DNA of 10,918 bases from Candidatus Heimdallarchaeota archaeon (GTDB taxonomy: Archaea; Asgardarchaeota; Heimdallarchaeia; Heimdallarchaeales; Heimdallarchaeaceae). The position numbers were made by a program, and so were the translations under genes. The stretch covers positions 1 to 10,918 of the forward strand of contig DAOVET010000086.1 of the NCBI GenBank assembly GCA_030668825.1, read 5' to 3'. This document shows, in pieces, positions 7,355 to 10,918 of this stretch (positions are counted from its first letter, which is position 1; every line of letters starts with the position of its first letter). A model generated the notes under the pieces. It was not told where the DNA came from. It saw only the letters and a list, made by a program, of their open reading frames with translations, and made no database searches.

Positions 7355-8923
7355 ATGAGTCAGATAGATGAAACTGGGAAGAAAGGATTGATTGTCATAG
7401 GTGCTGGAATAACAGGATTAACTTCAGCTGTTACTTGGGCACGATTCCATGATACAAAGAAAGATCCTGTGTTAATTATAGAAAAGGAACCAAGAATAGG
7501 AGGGTTTGTTACTTCCTACGAACGTGAAGGTTATCTTTTTGATACTAGTCAAATTATTCCAAACTGTAATGATATGTTTGAGCTTTTAGGGATAGAAATA
7601 GATCTTAAGAAATTCAAAGGATATTATACACGAATTTTCCTTGTTAATCCTGAAACAGAAGAAGTAACTAAAATTGAGTTACCTTCAGGAGTGGAAGTCT
7701 TCAAGCAGAAGCTGATGAAGGAATATCCTGATAATGCAAATGAAATAGAAAAATTCCTTGACCATTCTAGAGCAATGTTTCTAGAACTGTTTAAGCTAAA
7801 AACAGAACCTAGTTTTATTGAATTATTGAAGACAATCGTCTCTTGTCCAAAAATTGTTAAGCATGGTTCTAAAACTTTCAAAAACTACTTTGATCAATTC
7901 GGTATAACCAATCCTGAAGTGGTAGAAATTTTTGATGCATTTGCAGCTTTTAGTGGATTACCAGGAGACAGAGCTGCTGCCCTTATGACACTAGGTGCAA
8001 TGAATTCAGTACTTGACAACGCTTACAGACCAACAAAAGGCTTTATTGAATTAGCCAAGCAATTTGAAAAAAGATACAAGGAGCTAGGAGGAGAGGTGCT
8101 TCTTAAAACAAGAGTTGAGAAAATTCTAGTTGAAAATGGTAAGGTTAAAGGTGTTCAAGTAGAAGGTGGAAAGAAAATTTATTCTGATTATGTCATAACT
8201 ACTATCGACCCCAAAGTGTCTATGAAAAATTTGGTAGGATTAGAGACAATTAGTGAAGTAGATGAGAAATTTGCTGAAAAAGTTGAAGAGGTAAAAATGT
8301 CTCCATCTTCAATAAACATAGCCTTGGGTTTAGATGATAAATTAGACCTCGCAGGATTAGGCATGGATTGTGGTTACAATGTTGTCACAACTGGAGGAGA
8401 ATCATTCTCTAAATTGTTTGAAGAATACGAAAAAGGAAATATGGCTTTTACAGAAAAGCAGTTTCATATGGGTGTGATATGTCCATCATTAACAACAGGT
8501 GGTAAACCTAACATTACCATTCGTGTAGTACCTATAGGACTAGGTGATTGGGTAGAATTACGTGAAAACAATCGTAAGGAATATAATAAGAAAAAGGAAG
8601 AAGTATCTAATTTCTTTATTGATCTAGTAGAAAAATATTTGATTCCAGACCTCAAGAAGCATATAATTGTAAAAGACGTATCTACACCAGCAACATATGC
8701 ACGATATTCAGGTTCACCAACAGGATCAATTTATGGAATGGCACCTTTCTCAGACAATTTTGGTAGAACACGTCTGAAAATGCGAACACCAATTGAGGGA
8801 TTATTCCAACCACTCTTTTCTCACGGTATTTTTGGTTGTATGTTGGGTGCTTTGCAAGTAAATGACATGATACTTAATCGCGAAATATTAGGAGGAAATG
8901 CGCGTTTAAAGCCAAAAGAGTAG
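7355..8923 (+). CDS. FAD-dependent oxidoreductase, phytoene desaturase (CrtI)/retinol saturase-like family
   Basis: Rossmann motif VIGAGITGL, then EKEPRIGGFVTSYEREGYLFDT, LGGEVLLKTRVEKILVENGKVKGV, and STPATYARYSGSPTGSIYG...RTPIEGLF. Start is ATG 7355 or GTG 7349. The substrate cannot be inferred. Confidence 0.9.
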   Translation: MSQIDETGKKGLIVIGAGITGLTSAVTWARFHDTKKDPVLIIEKEPRIGGFVTSYEREGYLFDTSQIIPNCNDMFELLGIEIDLKKFKGYYTRIFLVNPETEEVTKIELPSGVEVFKQKLMKEYPDNANEIEKFLDHSRAMFLELFKLKTEPSFIELLKTIVSCPKIVKHGSKTFKNYFDQFGITNPEVVEIFDAFAAFSGLPGDRAAALMTLGAMNSVLDNAYRPTKGFIELAKQFEKRYKELGGEVLLKTRVEKILVENGKVKGVQVEGGKKIYSDYVITTIDPKVSMKNLVGLETISEVDEKFAEKVEEVKMSPSSINIALGLDDKLDLAGLGMDCGYNVVTTGGESFSKLFEEYEKGNMAFTEKQFHMGVICPSLTTGGKPNITIRVVPIGLGDWVELRENNRKEYNKKKEEVSNFFIDLVEKYLIPDLKKHIIVKDVSTPATYARYSGSPTGSIYGMAPFSDNFGRTRLKMRTPIEGLFQPLFSHGIFGCMLGALQVNDMILNREILGGNARLKPKE

Positions 8924-8947
8924 AAATGTATGGTGGGGACTGGGTGA

Positions 8948-8979
8948 GTACCATCCATTAGAACGCGTCTAGATTGGAT
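8948..8979 (-). other. tRNA intron 2, non-canonical T-loop position 59/60, 32 nt
   Basis: Sequence ATCCAATCTAGACGCGTTCTAATGGATGGTAC. The central helix pairs U54-U55-C56-A57 with UGGU (U.U, U-G, C-G, A-U), with bulges AA^A and AC^U. Flanking helices are TCCA/TGGA and the T-stem, with a distal TAGA/TCTA hairpin. Confidence 0.85.
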
Positions 8980-9001
8980 TTTGAACACCCGACCAATTGG
9001 T

Positions 9002-9033
9002 TTCTTCGTGGTTCTTTGCCTAAGCAAAGTTCT
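9002..9033 (-). other. tRNA intron 1, canonical position 37/38, 32 nt
   Basis: Sequence AGAACTTTGCTTAGGCAAAGAACCACGAAGAA. The central helix pairs C32-U33-C34-C35 with GAAG (one C.A mismatch), with 3-nt bulges AG^A and AA^A. Internal hairpin CTTTGC-TTAG-GCAAAG. Confidence 0.9.
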
Positions 9034-9100
9034 CTGGAGCCAACCACTCTACCGGACTGAGCCAAGTCCCCGACCTATTGCTCGTTGTTTTCTCATCACA

Positions 9101-9120
9101 TATTCTTTTAAGGTTTTCTT
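9101..9120 (-). promoter_or_regulatory. BRE/TATA promoter of tRNA-Trp
   Basis: Minus strand AAGAAAAC-CTTAAAAG-AATA, with the TATA 34-41 nt upstream of the mature 5' end, implying a short leader. Confidence 0.7.
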
Positions 9121-9161
9121 TATGCTATTGCAATACAAAGCAAAATCCGCATAAAATTAGT

Positions 9162-9800
9162 TTATCTTAATTTAGGTTCTTTAATCATTCCCCAGTTTGT
9201 TATTTCAGTTTCTGGAATTTTCATTTCATCAATCACTTCAAATCCTAAATGCTCATATAAGCCAACATTCCCTTGAAAATTTGTTTCTAAATAAACAGGA
9301 TAACCTTCCTTCTCTATATATTCTAGCATTGGTTTAATCAGAGCACTTCCATATCCCTTCCCTTGATATTTGGGCTCAATACCAATACTCGCTAAATACC
9401 AGTGAGGTTCTTTCATTATTTCTTTATGTTTCTTCAGTATAATATCAGTTAATTGTTTAATTTCTCTTGTAGATCGTTTTCTTTCATCCTTCTGTTTTGA
9501 CATCGCCCAACCCATACTAAGTGCCCCACTTCTAATTGATCTCCAGATACCCATGTGTTCTTTTCCTGGAGGTAACCATTTTGCAACTCCTTCTATTTTG
9601 TTAGTAGGAGAATAAACCTTTCCACATTTTAGCCCATCTTTAATCAGATATCTCCACAAAAAAGGAGTAAATTTCATTCTTTCTTCAGCATTTGGGTAAA
9701 TCAAACAGACTAATGGATCCTCCTGAAAGGCTCTCGTTAAGACCATAGTAGCTTTTTCAATATCCTTCCTTTGAACTAGATATAACCCCTTAAACACCAT
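9162..9800 (-). CDS. GNAT family N-acetyltransferase (puromycin N-acetyltransferase-like architecture), 212 aa
   Basis: LTRAFQEDP, GVAKWLPPG, HWYLASIGIEPKYQGKGYGSALI and PVYLETNFQGNVGLYEHLGFEV are present. Confidence 0.93.
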   Translation of the reverse strand: MVFKGLYLVQRKDIEKATMVLTRAFQEDPLVCLIYPNAEERMKFTPFLWRYLIKDGLKCGKVYSPTNKIEGVAKWLPPGKEHMGIWRSIRSGALSMGWAMSKQKDERKRSTREIKQLTDIILKKHKEIMKEPHWYLASIGIEPKYQGKGYGSALIKPMLEYIEKEGYPVYLETNFQGNVGLYEHLGFEVIDEMKIPETEITNWGMIKEPKLR

Positions 9801-9818
9801 AATTCTTTTTTAGGTGTG

Positions 9819-9838
9819 TATTCATTTAAGGCTTTCTT
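9819..9838 (-). promoter_or_regulatory. BRE/TATA promoter of the leaderless GNAT gene
   Basis: Minus strand AAGAAAGC-CTTAAATG-AATA, with the TATA centred about 27 nt upstream of ATG 9800. Confidence 0.7.
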
Positions 9839-9854
9839 GCGTAATTTGAACATT

Positions 9855-10331
9855 TTATGCAAATTCTACATCAAATAGATACATCAAATAATCAGTTGTT
9901 TTTCCTTCTTTTCCTAGTTTCTTCAAAGCTGTCATTAGTTGAGCTCTATGATAGATTGTATGTGATAAGTATTGAAAATAGTAGTCTTCTTGAGTCATAT
10001 ACACTTTTCCTTCCCCCTTAACGAAATTTGGAAATTCTATCTTTTCTTCAGTTATATTTTTGATATGTTCTAACAACCTTTCATCTGTTTCTTTCCACTT
10101 ATTCAGAAGTTCCTCTTTTGATAGATTGTATAGTTCCTCATACATAACTTCAACATCAACGCTCTTTTTATGAACCTTAGTCTCTAGATTATACTCTATC
10201 GCTAATATTGTGTGAGCACAAAGATCCTGTATATTTTCTTTTGCAAACTCTTCTTCTTTCAAACTTACAATAATCTCTCTAATCTTATCATTTGCCCAAA
10301 TCTGATAGTGAGCTATTTTTTCTAAATTCAT
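9855..10331 (-). CDS. DinB/YfiT superfamily protein (putative metal-dependent thiol S-transferase fold)
   Basis: YQIWANDKI at the N-terminus, a His triad in LCAHTILAIE and HTIYHRAQL, and a C-terminal TDY. Start is ATG 10331 or GTG 10340. Confidence 0.9.
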   Translation of the reverse strand: MNLEKIAHYQIWANDKIREIIVSLKEEEFAKENIQDLCAHTILAIEYNLETKVHKKSVDVEVMYEELYNLSKEELLNKWKETDERLLEHIKNITEEKIEFPNFVKGEGKVYMTQEDYYFQYLSHTIYHRAQLMTALKKLGKEGKTTDYLMYLFDVEFA

Positions 10332-10478
10332 AATTCTCACAAAATTTCTATTGGTTTTTTATTATTTAAATAAATAAAAAAGGTTAGCTTTTACTTATTG
10401 TGTTCAATAGGCACCCCAATAAGAAGAAAAGCAAAGCTATATTAATAATTTCTTACCTATTCTACTTGGTTGATTAAG

Positions 10479-10918
10479 ATGGTTAAAGCAATTGTACTCT
10501 ATAATTCTCGTAGTGGTAACACTAAAAAAGTAGCATCGAAGATTGCAGAAGGGCTTGAGGTTGAATTTAGGGGCAAACGCAATATTCCAGATCTAATAGA
10601 TTATGATCTGATAGTTGTAGGTTCATGGGTTATAATGGGGCATATCAGTTTCGGTGGGGCTAGATACTTGAAAAAGCTTTGTCGAAAAAACATTGCAGGT
10701 AAGAAAGTTGCTCTTTTCTTTACCAGTGGAGCTCCTGAGGATATTCATCCCATGACTGAAAATAAAGTCCCCAAAAAAATAAAAGAAGTTATGTTTGAAT
10801 CAATGGAGAAAATATTGACCAAAAAACAACAAGTAACTATCCTACCTGAGCGTTTCTATTGCAAGGGAGCTATTAGAATACTTGGTAAAGAGAAAGAAAA
10901 TATTGGTCACCCAACTGA
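10479..10918 (+). CDS. Flavodoxin family protein; 3' end lies outside the window
   Basis: Absent from the ORF track. Manual translation gives MVKAIVLYNSRSGNTKKVASKIAEGL...DYDLIVVGSW...GKKVALFFTSG...FYCKG...GHPT, including the FMN phosphate loop SxxGNT. Confidence 0.92.
   Translation, partial: MVKAIVLYNSRSGNTKKVASKIAEGLEVEFRGKRNIPDLIDYDLIVVGSWVIMGHISFGGARYLKKLCRKNIAGKKVALFFTSGAPEDIHPMTENKVPKKIKEVMFESMEKILTKKQQVTILPERFYCKGAIRILGKEKENIGHPT

Larger units (their letters stand above)
8931..9071 (-). tRNA. trnW: tRNA-Trp(CCA) with two introns and an encoded 3' CCA
   Basis: Minus strand: acceptor stem GGGGACT/AGTCCCC plus ACCA, D-arm GCTC-AGTCCGGTA-GAGT, anticodon stem GTTGG/CCAAT with loop CT-CCA-G^A (anticodon 9037-9035), variable loop TGGTC, T-arm GGGTG-TTCAAA^T-CACCC. 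Removing 9002-9033 and 8948-8979 leaves a 77-nt cloverleaf. Confidence 0.95.

Noticed and set aside
7624-8655. Two minus-strand ORFs (7624-7881 and 8464-8655)
   Set aside because: Antisense shadows of the FAD oxidoreductase.
8821-9027. 68-aa minus-strand ORF
   Set aside because: Runs through the tRNA-Trp gene and the end of the oxidoreductase; spurious.
1-10918. CRISPR array, IS element or provirus
   Set aside because: No regularly spaced direct repeats outside the coding 51-nt periodicity, and no transposase, integrase or viral genes were recognised.

Overview
AT-rich archaeal window with BRE/TATA promoters, a GGTGA ribosome-binding site, several apparently leaderless genes and a tRNA with bulge-helix-bulge (BHB) introns. 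An Asgard/Heimdallarchaeia-like origin is plausible but is inference only. Gene order: partial S9 peptidase (-), long bactofilin-like beta-helix protein (+), winged-helix regulator (+), GNAT (+), orphan ORF (+), small membrane protein (-), CocE/NonD serine hydrolase (+), CrtI-like FAD oxidoreductase (+), tRNA-Trp(CCA) (-), GNAT (-), DinB-family protein (-), partial flavodoxin (+). The most unusual element is not in the ORF track: a 141-nt tRNA-Trp gene with two 32-nt introns, one at the canonical 37/38 site and one in the T-loop at 59/60, both with relaxed BHB motifs. The second notable element is the 398-aa bactofilin-like protein with strict 17-residue periodicity. No CRISPR array, transposase or integrase was seen. 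All counts and folds were done by hand.
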